DNA of 63,723 nt, the filler included, from Lama guanicoe (Eukaryota): assembly GCA_013239625.1 (NCBI GenBank). It is 183 parts of 183 records of this genome, joined end to end, with 100 filler letters (N's around TTAATTAATTAA, not from the genome) between each part and the next. Parts side by side here need not be neighbours in the genome. Positions count along the whole stretch, not along the records: positions 11,833 to 12,080 come from PNXV01048018.1; positions 12,181 to 12,429 come from PNXV01048019.1; positions 12,530 to 12,778 come from PNXV01048020.1; positions 12,879 to 13,126 come from PNXV01048021.1; positions 13,227 to 13,474 come from PNXV01048022.1; positions 13,575 to 13,823 come from PNXV01048023.1; positions 13,924 to 14,172 come from PNXV01048024.1; positions 14,273 to 14,521 come from PNXV01048025.1; 175 more parts are not named here. One strand, 5' to 3'. This document shows, piece after piece, positions 11,733 to 22,878 of the stretch; within the stretch, counting starts at the first letter, position 1; every line of letters starts with the position of its first letter. The notes beneath the pieces were generated by a model that was not told where the DNA came from, searched no databases, and saw only the letters and a program-made list of their open reading frames with translations. The position numbers were made by a program, and so were the translations under genes.

Positions 11733-13226
11733 NNNNNNNNNNNNNNNNNNNNNNNNNNNNNNNNNNNNNNNNNNNNTTAATTAATTAANNNNNNNNNNNN
11801 NNNNNNNNNNNNNNNNNNNNNNNNNNNNNNNNTTTTCCATGCACATTACAAATCACATTGATTCTGAGCCATAATAGAGATGAAAATGAATATGTAACAC
11901 AAATAAAATATACTTCATTTCTATATCACATATTCTTTTTATTCTGATTATACATTTGGCACACATCCACTGTGAAAAATTTAGAAAATAAGAACAGTAA
12001 AAACAACTGTTCTTATAATTCTAAAATATTTTAATTTGGCATTTCTTGCTAATGCCAAGTAAATCATATACAGTAAACATNNNNNNNNNNNNNNNNNNNN
12101 NNNNNNNNNNNNNNNNNNNNNNNNTTAATTAATTAANNNNNNNNNNNNNNNNNNNNNNNNNNNNNNNNNNNNNNNNNNNNGCATTTTAGATATTATCACT
12201 TAGATAGATATATTAGGCTAAATAAAATATATAATTAAAATGCATTTCACCTATTTCTTTTTTTAATTTTTAATTAAACTTCTTCTTTCAAGATAACTAC
12301 AGATTTCTGTGCAGTTGCAAGAAGTAATAGAGAGAGATGTCATGTACCGACTTTCCCCCAAAGCTAACATCTTGCACAACCATAGTATATTATCACAACC
12401 AAGACACTGACGTTGACACAATCCTCTAGNNNNNNNNNNNNNNNNNNNNNNNNNNNNNNNNNNNNNNNNNNNNTTAATTAATTAANNNNNNNNNNNNNNN
12501 NNNNNNNNNNNNNNNNNNNNNNNNNNNNNTTTTCATGATCTGTAGGCTGACAAGTGGATTAGGTCCTCCTTTAATTTTCGTAGAGAGCTAAGAATTATAC
12601 GCCACCTGACTTGCAGGAGGATATTCTCCCCAGTTACTACAGGCATCCACTTTCTCAGCACCGACCCCAGGGCTGGAAATGGCCCATTGTCTGGCAAGCG
12701 GAGGGCCTGCCAGTCCAGAGCAGTGCACCAAGGACAGACTGGGATTTGAGGGAGGAAGGCCTTGCTTTTGTGAGGTGGNNNNNNNNNNNNNNNNNNNNNN
12801 NNNNNNNNNNNNNNNNNNNNNNTTAATTAATTAANNNNNNNNNNNNNNNNNNNNNNNNNNNNNNNNNNNNNNNNNNNNCAACAAGTGGCTACTAGATAGT
12901 CCAGATTTTAACTGCGTAGAACCTAAATTCACAAGAATCAGCTGATGAAATGAAAACCTCAGTGAGAAACTGGGCATGTCTGACAGATCCTGAGCACTAT
13001 CTTGGGTACTCTCTTGCCTTGTAATTCTAAACAACTCCTTTCCTCTCTGAATTTTGTCACATCATTTGCAAATGGAGTAAAAAAACCTACCTTCCATATG
13101 TCCTGTGATCGTCTATATAATACAGGNNNNNNNNNNNNNNNNNNNNNNNNNNNNNNNNNNNNNNNNNNNNTTAATTAATTAANNNNNNNNNNNNNNNNNN
13201 NNNNNNNNNNNNNNNNNNNNNNNNNN

Positions 13227-13474
13227 TCGTGCCCCCTCCCAGCACCTAGGTCAGGGGCTGTGTTCCTGCCCAACAACAAGGGGCTGCTCTCCCTCTACCT
13301 GCGCCGCCCTCCCTCTACCTGCGCTGCCTGTAGCTCCGCTGCTCTGTGCGGCTGCGCACTCCACCCTGGTTGGCGCTCCGCCCTGGTCGGCGCTCCGCTG
13401 GTGGGCTTGGGGAAGACCGAGGGATAGCCTTGTCCCTGCTCCGAGCCAAAACCCAGCTCCTTGTTTGTCTTTGT
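13227..13474 (-). mobile_element. GC-rich repeat, probably lineage-specific LINE-1 5'UTR (same family as 52308-52556)
   Basis: The reverse complement shares gagcgccaa...ggtggagtg..cagc.gcacagagcagcggagc and ggcaggaacacagc...gtgctgggagggggca with 52308-52556. Internal short tandem duplications are present. Confidence 0.55.
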
Positions 13475-14621
13475 NNNNNNNNNNNNNNNNNNNNNNNNNN
13501 NNNNNNNNNNNNNNNNNNTTAATTAATTAANNNNNNNNNNNNNNNNNNNNNNNNNNNNNNNNNNNNNNNNNNNNGACTCTCCATTTTCAAATTGTCAGGG
13601 GAGGTATTGGTGAGGGAGGGGTTAGGCAGGTAAATCACTCCTCCCACCTTGAGTTTTCTTCTGCAGAGCCAGCAGTGATGTGGCCAGAGGTAGAAACCAT
13701 CAGCCTCCAGCCCACCTCCTGGGGGAGATGTACACTGAGGCTTTGTGCTGCAGGGGTCGAAAGCACTTCAAAGTACATTCTATGGGGCCATTTGAAAAGT
13801 CGATGAGAGAACAAGAAAGAGGGNNNNNNNNNNNNNNNNNNNNNNNNNNNNNNNNNNNNNNNNNNNNTTAATTAATTAANNNNNNNNNNNNNNNNNNNNN
13901 NNNNNNNNNNNNNNNNNNNNNNNTTGTCTTCTGAGATTTTAGCACCTTCTGCATGTTTTATCCTCTGCCTCACGCTTTCTCTGCACTTGTAAAGTCATCA
14001 GCACTGACCTACTCATAACTTTAACTTAGTCCATCATGTCCTCCTGGGTTGTTTGCACATTGGTAAGCTTTCAGTTTCTGCTCCTCTGGCTTACTGGCTG
14101 ATTCTCTTTTTCCTTACAAGAAGAGTGAAGTCTTCTGTACAAGACTTCTTTACGATTTCTTCATGTTGCTAANNNNNNNNNNNNNNNNNNNNNNNNNNNN
14201 NNNNNNNNNNNNNNNNTTAATTAATTAANNNNNNNNNNNNNNNNNNNNNNNNNNNNNNNNNNNNNNNNNNNNGCTATTAGTTTGTGTGTTGCCAACACCA
14301 GCCCCTCTCTGCCCCTCTAGTAAAGTAATAAAGATCAATTTACTTGGTTAATTTGTTGAAAATGGATTTGCCACAGGTGTGTTCCTGAGTCTTAACATGC
14401 TATATACTGCTTTATGTGGGTCATTTGGCGTCCATTTATGGTTCGCTCATTCTAGAGTTCCTAGGACGTGATAATACACAATAATCTACTAAAGCAACTT
14501 ATTTTCAAAAGTTTGAAAAAANNNNNNNNNNNNNNNNNNNNNNNNNNNNNNNNNNNNNNNNNNNNTTAATTAATTAANNNNNNNNNNNNNNNNNNNNNNN
14601 NNNNNNNNNNNNNNNNNNNNN

Positions 14622-14870
14622 GTTCAGAATAGAAAATAAGTACGTGGTTGCCTAGGGCTGGGGAGAATGAAGGTGCATGGAGGGGAGTGCCTGGGAATGG
14701 GTGAGAGTTTTTTGAGGGGTGAAGATGAAAATGTTCTAAAATTCACTGTGGTGATAATTGCACATAGCTGTGAATATCCTAAAAATCATTAACTTCTACA
14801 CTTTAAATATATAAATTGTATGGTATATGAATTATATTTCAATAAAGCCATTATCTTTTTAAAAAACTTT
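14622..14870 (+). mobile_element. Old LINE-1 (L1M) 3' end
   Basis: gtggttgcctagggctggg...gatgaaaatgttctaaaatt...gtggtgat...tgtgaatat.ctaaaa...tatggtatatgaattatat.tcaataaagc. Confidence 0.8.
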
Positions 14871-14970
14871 NNNNNNNNNNNNNNNNNNNNNNNNNNNNNN
14901 NNNNNNNNNNNNNNTTAATTAATTAANNNNNNNNNNNNNNNNNNNNNNNNNNNNNNNNNNNNNNNNNNNN

Positions 14971-15218
14971 TATAGAACGTAGAACACAGAATAGAGAATA
15001 TAGAATACAGAATAAAGAATCCAGAATTTAGAACATGGAATGAAGAATATAGAGTATATAATAGAGAATACAGAATAAAAACACAGAATTTAGAACACGG
15101 ATTGCAGAACACAGAATGTAGAATATGGAATAAAGAATATAAAAGGTACAATACAGAATGTAGAACACAGAATATAGTATATAGAACACAGAATACAGGA
15201 CCCAGAATTTAGAACATG
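14971..15218 (+). repeat. Degenerate 7-nt tandem satellite (AGAATAY/AGAACAC)
   Basis: The contig is built almost entirely of tagaata/cagaata/agaacac units. The same family occurs at 39395-39643. Confidence 0.9.
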
Positions 15219-17411
15219 NNNNNNNNNNNNNNNNNNNNNNNNNNNNNNNNNNNNNNNNNNNNTTAATTAATTAANNNNNNNNNNNNNNNNNNNNNNNNNN
15301 NNNNNNNNNNNNNNNNNNCTGAGTGTTTTCCTAAGTCTGGCTGCCAGGGAATGCTAGGGGGTTGTGCTGAAAAGCCCATTGGCAGCGGCTGCATCCCCAT
15401 GCATAGGAAAGTAAATTATAGGACTTCCCCCTAACAGGGAATACCTGTGACTGAAGATAGGTTCGTGGAGCCGTCTCTCGTGCTCCACCACGAACAGAGA
15501 ATGGTTCTGGAATCCTAAGCGTGGGGAGGTTCCACCAACAGTCGGCAGCACGTGGGTACTAATGGANNNNNNNNNNNNNNNNNNNNNNNNNNNNNNNNNN
15601 NNNNNNNNNNTTAATTAATTAANNNNNNNNNNNNNNNNNNNNNNNNNNNNNNNNNNNNNNNNNNNNTTTGTTTTGCAGATCTGTCATTTTTTGAACCCAG
15701 CAGAGCATTGAGTTACACGCAGGGATTAATTTTGCCATTTAAGATTTCCCCGTGGAGATCCTGAGACATGGAACTGATTTAATGAGAACAACAAAAACAA
15801 ACAAACAAACAAATGCTCACATTGGGACTGAGAGCAAATCTGAAGGTTTTCAGTCTAAAAGGTGGCTTTCACAAAGATATTCTGATAACTACAAGTCAGA
15901 ATAAATTTAAATGTCNNNNNNNNNNNNNNNNNNNNNNNNNNNNNNNNNNNNNNNNNNNNTTAATTAATTAANNNNNNNNNNNNNNNNNNNNNNNNNNNNN
16001 NNNNNNNNNNNNNNNTCTTTGGCAGAAGGAGTCTGGACTTTGTCTGCCTCCTGTTTGGTCTCAATCTGGCAACCTTATAGTCACTACTAATTCCATTTGT
16101 TGTTCTAAAGAAGAAACAGTAAGAAAACAAGCAGTATTTCGTATGAGTTCTTGATTTTCAGAACAGTCAGACTTACCTGTGGAGAACAGTGGTTTCTTGG
16201 CCTCCATGAAGGTCCCCAAATAGGAGGGTTTATATCTGAATGGGGTCCAGCCCTGAAGCATTCANNNNNNNNNNNNNNNNNNNNNNNNNNNNNNNNNNNN
16301 NNNNNNNNTTAATTAATTAANNNNNNNNNNNNNNNNNNNNNNNNNNNNNNNNNNNNNNNNNNNNAATGGTTACAGGCATGAGCCCGGGGGCCTCCCACAG
16401 TTAGGAATTAAATAGCGGACAAACCACCAGCCAGCGACTGAGAAGAAGGCATCGGTGAGGCAGGATGTAAATGAAAAGCTGAGGGAGAAAGGCCTTTCTA
16501 GAAGGATGAAGTGGCTCATTTTGTCAGGTGCTGCTGAGAGATCAAGCAAGATGAACAGAGAACGGGTGGTCCCTAGGGTTGGCCCCAAGGAGTCATGGGA
16601 GGAGGCACGTTGGNNNNNNNNNNNNNNNNNNNNNNNNNNNNNNNNNNNNNNNNNNNNTTAATTAATTAANNNNNNNNNNNNNNNNNNNNNNNNNNNNNNN
16701 NNNNNNNNNNNNNATATGCTGTGAAATGCTTTCATAATAAAAAAGTTCTTGAGCCGAAAAAAATTTTTTAAATAAAATAATCATTTGAAAATATTAAAAT
16801 AAATAAATAAGGCATAGAAATAACAAATAAAGTCCCAAAGTTCATATTTCAAAAGAGTTCTGAAAGGGGCTTGTACTGAAGTTTGCCGTGTAGTTTATTT
16901 ACTCTGCCGTCAGAAGGGTCGAAAACTGATTTTTAGAAATGAAGCATGAACCTAAAAATAATNNNNNNNNNNNNNNNNNNNNNNNNNNNNNNNNNNNNNN
17001 NNNNNNTTAATTAATTAANNNNNNNNNNNNNNNNNNNNNNNNNNNNNNNNNNNNNNNNNNNNGACTATGATGTTAACCAAACTGTTTCTGGACACTGATG
17101 ATCTGGAATTCTAGCTTTCCCTAAATTGGTCAACTTGTTGGAAGTGAGAGAATAAACAAAAAGAGGGTCAGAGCGATGAAATGGGTAAACAAACAACGGC
17201 CAGATTATACATGAAGGTAAACTTTGACCCCAAATCAGCAGCAATAAATTCAGAAAACCAACCCACTCTACAGAGCACACCAGCCCAGAAAGCCAAACAA
17301 GAACCCCCGTGNNNNNNNNNNNNNNNNNNNNNNNNNNNNNNNNNNNNNNNNNNNNTTAATTAATTAANNNNNNNNNNNNNNNNNNNNNNNNNNNNNNNNN
17401 NNNNNNNNNNN

Positions 17412-17660
17412 AACCCAAGTGCCCACTGACCAGTGAATAGATAAGCCAAACATGGTATGTGCGAATAACAGAGTATTAGTCAGCATCAAAAAGGAAGGGA
17501 ACACTTATAGATGCTACAGAGTGGAGAAGTTTGGGGGACATTATAATAATTGAAATAAGCCTAAGTAAGCGATATATAGTTCCACTTAAATGAAGTATCT
17601 CGAATGGTCAGATTAATTGAGACAGAGAGTAGCATGGTGATTGTCAGGAACTGTGGGGTA
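17412..17660 (+). mobile_element. Old LINE-1 3' end fragment
   Basis: aacccaagtgcccactgac...aaaaggaaggga...tgaaataagcc...gacagagagtagcatggtgattgtcagg. Confidence 0.7.
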
Positions 17661-19854
17661 NNNNNNNNNNNNNNNNNNNNNNNNNNNNNNNNNNNNNNNN
17701 NNNNTTAATTAATTAANNNNNNNNNNNNNNNNNNNNNNNNNNNNNNNNNNNNNNNNNNNNCTGCTTGTTTCAGAAAGGGCCCTCTATAAACACTACCTGA
17801 CCCTGACAACACCTCATTTAAAAACTGAAGGAACTAGACCTGGCGTGGGTGTGCAGGGAGGGAGGAGAGAAGGCAGGGGAAGTAAAAATGATTCCTAAAT
17901 GCGAAGTTCAGAGCGGAGCCTGGGCCTCGGGGCCACTGGCCCAGCAAACAGCGCAATCCTTAGAAGGTCGGGAGTGAGACTCTGGGCTGACAATTAAGAG
18001 TGAGCAGACNNNNNNNNNNNNNNNNNNNNNNNNNNNNNNNNNNNNNNNNNNNNTTAATTAATTAANNNNNNNNNNNNNNNNNNNNNNNNNNNNNNNNNNN
18101 NNNNNNNNNTCTGCAGGGTGATTGATTCAGTAGAACTTTGACAATGACCCAACTGTCACCATCCCGGCTCTGGCCGTGCTTTCTTGCTGAACTCAGCCTT
18201 GCCGTGCGGGACGCGGGGCACACCTGTACTTGAGGATTTAAACGAGGTGAGGATACATAGTACCTTGAACTGCTGGGGATTAATCACCTGAAATCATTTG
18301 ATGCACCCTGAGGGTCGATACCAGCGGGCATCTTAGTATCTTTAAGACTCATCATGGANNNNNNNNNNNNNNNNNNNNNNNNNNNNNNNNNNNNNNNNNN
18401 NNTTAATTAATTAANNNNNNNNNNNNNNNNNNNNNNNNNNNNNNNNNNNNNNNNNNNNTCTGCAGGGTGATTGATTCAGTAGAACTTTGACAATGACCCA
18501 ACTGTCATGATCCTGGCTCTGGCCGTGCTTTCTTGCTGAACTCAGCCTTGCCGGGCGGGACGCGGGGCACACCTGTACTTGAGGATTTAAACGAGGTGAG
18601 AATACATAGTACCTTGAACTGCTGGGGATTAATCACCCGAAATCATTTGATGCACCCCGAGGGTCGATACCAGCGGGCATCTTAGTATCTTTAAGACTCA
18701 TCATGGANNNNNNNNNNNNNNNNNNNNNNNNNNNNNNNNNNNNNNNNNNNNTTAATTAATTAANNNNNNNNNNNNNNNNNNNNNNNNNNNNNNNNNNNNN
18801 NNNNNNNAGAGTAGAAAGCCCAGAAAACAATGGGCTGGCTGTAAGTTAACACCAGCGATTTAAAGAAGTGATTTGGCGCTGTGTGCCCTAAGTCAGAGAG
18901 ATGCTTATACCCTTTGACTGTGTAAGTCCCCTCAGGGCTATATCCCCGGAAGTTATCCCGTATGAATAAAATGCTCCAGATCCTGAATAGTTAACTCCAG
19001 GAATCACGGTATTAGTGAAAAGAATGGGAACTTCCTAGATATTTCATGATAAAGAANNNNNNNNNNNNNNNNNNNNNNNNNNNNNNNNNNNNNNNNNNNN
19101 TTAATTAATTAANNNNNNNNNNNNNNNNNNNNNNNNNNNNNNNNNNNNNNNNNNNNTTTTGGTCCTGATTTCTCTTGGCAGAAACATTGGCAGATGCAGT
19201 CTCCTCCTGATGGAGTATCTGTCTCCGCCCTGTCTCACTGACCCACTGCGTCCTACAGTTGCAGACTCCCTGTGTGCTTCTTTACCCATTCCCTTTGTGC
19301 CAAATCAGGTCTCGGTAAGTGCCTGTCGCGCTCCCATACACACCTTCCCATACACATCTGCCCCTCAGATGGGGCCACGTACTCGTGCTTTCTCCTTGGG
19401 TTTGGNNNNNNNNNNNNNNNNNNNNNNNNNNNNNNNNNNNNNNNNNNNNTTAATTAATTAANNNNNNNNNNNNNNNNNNNNNNNNNNNNNNNNNNNNNNN
19501 NNNNNCAGGAAGGGCTTGAATTCTTTTGGCCTTGGATCATGTGCCTACCTCTGGATCGAGAGACGTGACAGGGGATAAAACATTTAGGACGAGCAGTTCC
19601 TGCAAGATCTGTGTAGTCAGCCTGGTTCTCCAGAAGATGCGGGTCCGTCCCCAGGAGAGACGGGCACTGGACAGAGCAAAGAGTAGAAGCTCAAATCAGG
19701 GCTTTTAAGATTTCTGAGGCTGGTTCTTCCTGTTTGGGTCCTGGAGCCCTCTGTNNNNNNNNNNNNNNNNNNNNNNNNNNNNNNNNNNNNNNNNNNNNTT
19801 AATTAATTAANNNNNNNNNNNNNNNNNNNNNNNNNNNNNNNNNNNNNNNNNNNN

Positions 19855-20085
19855 AGAGCGAAGAGGAGGAGGAGGAGGAGGAGGACATGGTCTCCGAGGA
19901 GGAGGAGGAGGAGGAGGACGGCGACGCCGAGGAGACCCAGGATTCCGAGGAGGACGAGGAAGATGAGATGGAGGAGGACGACGATGACTCCGATTATCCG
20001 GAGGAGATGGAAGACGACGACGACGACGCCAGTTATTGCACGGAAAGCAGCTTCAGGAGCCATAGCACCTATAGCAGCACTCCAG
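19855..20085 (+). CDS. BPTF: BPTF (NURF subunit) N-terminal acidic exon, 3' part, ending at splice donor
   Basis: Translates to SEEEEEEEEDMVSEEEEEEEDGDAEETQDSEEDEEDEMEEDDDDSDYPEEMEDDDDDASYCTESSFRSHSTYSSTP(G), matching recalled BPTF. Followed by a CAG|GTACCC donor at 20086. Confidence 0.92.
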
Positions 20086-21096
20086 GTACCCACCCAGGCC
20101 TGTNNNNNNNNNNNNNNNNNNNNNNNNNNNNNNNNNNNNNNNNNNNNTTAATTAATTAANNNNNNNNNNNNNNNNNNNNNNNNNNNNNNNNNNNNNNNNN
20201 NNNTTGGAGCAGGTTAAAAATTGAGACGGAGGGTTTGGTCCTCTGGGAAGGAATTAGGAGATTAATCACGTATTTAATCTCTCCATTGATTCCAAAACCA
20301 TCGCAACACTGTAGAAGGAAACGTGCTGTTGTAACTGCTTTTTTCTGGTCACTAAGGCCAGGACTTTAAGTAGCCCGCTTGTTCTTGAAAAGTTCTGTGG
20401 GGTTGAATTCTGTCGATTTTTTTCTAACGGGATAAGAGTGTGTTTTGCAGTANNNNNNNNNNNNNNNNNNNNNNNNNNNNNNNNNNNNNNNNNNNNTTAA
20501 TTAATTAANNNNNNNNNNNNNNNNNNNNNNNNNNNNNNNNNNNNNNNNNNNNATCTCTTGAAAGTTTTCCGGGGAATTAAAATTCGTTTCTCCAAGAGTT
20601 TTTATCTTTGGGTCTGAATCATGTCAAGTGCTTTCCGTTGCTCTTTCAAGGACGAAATTCCTTCCACCTCCTTATGCCTGTCCCACTATTCTGCAGCACA
20701 GGCGGGGTGACGTGAAGGGGACACAGGCTGCCCTGGCAGCACTTGGGTCTCTGGCAGCCCCTTTGAGGGGGACCTGCCTGCATCTCCCTTGCTTCCCTGG
20801 GNNNNNNNNNNNNNNNNNNNNNNNNNNNNNNNNNNNNNNNNNNNNTTAATTAATTAANNNNNNNNNNNNNNNNNNNNNNNNNNNNNNNNNNNNNNNNNNN
20901 NTAAAGGCAATGAGACTGTATTTTTTCTTTGCAAGTAGATCAGATAAATAGGAACTTGGCTACATGTGACCTGAGACTAAATGAAGTTAATCTTGAATAG
21001 TTTAGGTAGGATATTGACAGTAGGAGCAAGATGTGCCTTCTCCCCTTTTATTCTTTTATTTCTCTAAGGAGAAATGCTTTAAGAATAAAATCATGA

Positions 21097-21150
21097 TGGG
21101 GAGGAGGTAATTAGGTTTATTTATTTACTTATTTTTTAAGTGGAGGTACT
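21097..21150 (-). mobile_element. Vic-1-type SINE 3' part (truncated by contig end)
   Basis: ggggaggaggtaattaggtttatttatttacttatttttaagtggaggtact, the same tail as the other SINE copies. Confidence 0.7.
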
Positions 21151-21250
21151 NNNNNNNNNNNNNNNNNNNNNNNNNNNNNNNNNNNNNNNNNNNNTTAATT
21201 AATTAANNNNNNNNNNNNNNNNNNNNNNNNNNNNNNNNNNNNNNNNNNNN

Positions 21251-21499
21251 ACATCTTTCCAAACCCACATCTTCCCAAGCCCACATCAGCTCTCCAAGTT
21301 AATGTCATCTGCCTGAACATGTGTTATGTCCCTGAGCCGGCATCATGTCCCAGAGCACTTGTCGTGTCAGCCCACATCATGTCAACAAACCCGAAAAATG
21401 TCTGCGAGCCCGTGTCATCTCCCCAAGCCTGCATCATGTCCCCAAGCAAACATCTCCCGAAGCCCACATAGTCTCCCCAAGCCCACATCATCTCCCCAA
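21251..21499 (+). repeat. Degenerate minisatellite, ~19-20 nt unit (CCCCAAGCCCACATCATCT-like)
   Basis: Repeated variants ccaagcccacatc, ccccaagcctgcatcatgt, ccccaagcaaacatct, ccccaagcccacatcatct. Confidence 0.75.
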
Positions 21500-22800
21500 N
21501 NNNNNNNNNNNNNNNNNNNNNNNNNNNNNNNNNNNNNNNNNNNTTAATTAATTAANNNNNNNNNNNNNNNNNNNNNNNNNNNNNNNNNNNNNNNNNNNNT
21601 GATGACTTCCTATAATGACTGATGAATATTTAGCAACTTTTCCAATGTAGTCATCCATCCTTACCTTCCTGATATAGTCCCTTACGTTTTCATTAAATTG
21701 AGAATTAGGCCTGCTAATTTATGTCTATGTAAAGATCACTTAGCATGAAGCCAAGAAGGGACCTTGAATATCTCTTTCTTATTCAACTTCTGTTTTATCT
21801 TAGACTTTCAGCTCTGCTAAGCAACCATCAATTTCACTTTCCAAATAGNNNNNNNNNNNNNNNNNNNNNNNNNNNNNNNNNNNNNNNNNNNNTTAATTAA
21901 TTAANNNNNNNNNNNNNNNNNNNNNNNNNNNNNNNNNNNNNNNNNNNNATACATAGTCTCTTCAACTCAGAAACCTGCTTGTGGAAAATTTTCCATCGAA
22001 AATAATTACAGAGATGTAAAAATTCAGCTACAAGGCGCTCACCGAGTATGAGAAAAAATAATAGCAATAATCAGCATTGCCTTGTTTGTGTTGAGAAAAA
22101 CCATTCAACAAGTGGAAATGTGGCAAAAAGAGGGTTGGGCATCCTTTCAATGTTGTTGGATGTTTTCTAACAAGCCCACCTGATTCTCTCAGGAGTTNNN
22201 NNNNNNNNNNNNNNNNNNNNNNNNNNNNNNNNNNNNNNNNNTTAATTAATTAANNNNNNNNNNNNNNNNNNNNNNNNNNNNNNNNNNNNNNNNNNNNTTT
22301 TCAGCTTTATGTATCACCTATTTAACTATTTTGGAAAATGAGGATTAAGCTCTTTTTCAAACCTCAACTCATCTACACACCCAAACCTTCATTCTTCCAA
22401 CATTTTGATACATTACATTATAATTTTGATTAGCTCAGTACCCTTGCTTTACATTATTAGGACTCTGTACATACTGTTCACAGCTGTAGCAAGTTGTCTG
22501 CTAGGCTTACTTTTTCCTTCCCTACTTTGTTTTTCCTGGAGTTAATNNNNNNNNNNNNNNNNNNNNNNNNNNNNNNNNNNNNNNNNNNNNTTAATTAATT
22601 AANNNNNNNNNNNNNNNNNNNNNNNNNNNNNNNNNNNNNNNNNNNNATTTGTCCCCTCTTTTCCTTGATTTTGTCCTGCTGTTCTTGTCCGTGGTTCCCA
22701 GCCTCCCTTCTCTCGGCCCCCCTGCCAGCTGTCACCCATTGAGATCTGGCTCCCACAGTGCCTGGGAGGCAGGTCCTCCTTTAGTTTCTGTCTTTCCTCA

Positions 22801-22878
22801 ATGGAGGGACTGGGGATTGAACCCAGGACCTCATGCATGCTGAGTAGGCGCTCTACCATGTGAGCTACACCCTCCCCC
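22801..22878 (-). mobile_element. Vic-1-type tRNA-derived SINE
   Basis: ggagggactggggattgaacccaggacctcatgcatgctgagtaggcgctctaccatgtgagctacaccctcccc. Confidence 0.85.

Noticed and set aside
14915..15151. Tyr/Ser/Ile/Leu-rich ORFs (also 39343-39540)
   Set aside because: They are translations of the heptamer satellite.
19803..20093. Hydrophobic Leu/Val-rich minus-strand ORF resembling a membrane protein
   Set aside because: It is the antisense shadow of the GAG/GAC-rich BPTF acidic exon.
22801..22878. tRNA-like sequences with A and B boxes (also near 10970, 32790 and 47480)
   Set aside because: They are degenerate, lack a clean cloverleaf and mostly continue into a shared AT-rich SINE tail. 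They are SINE heads, not tRNA genes.
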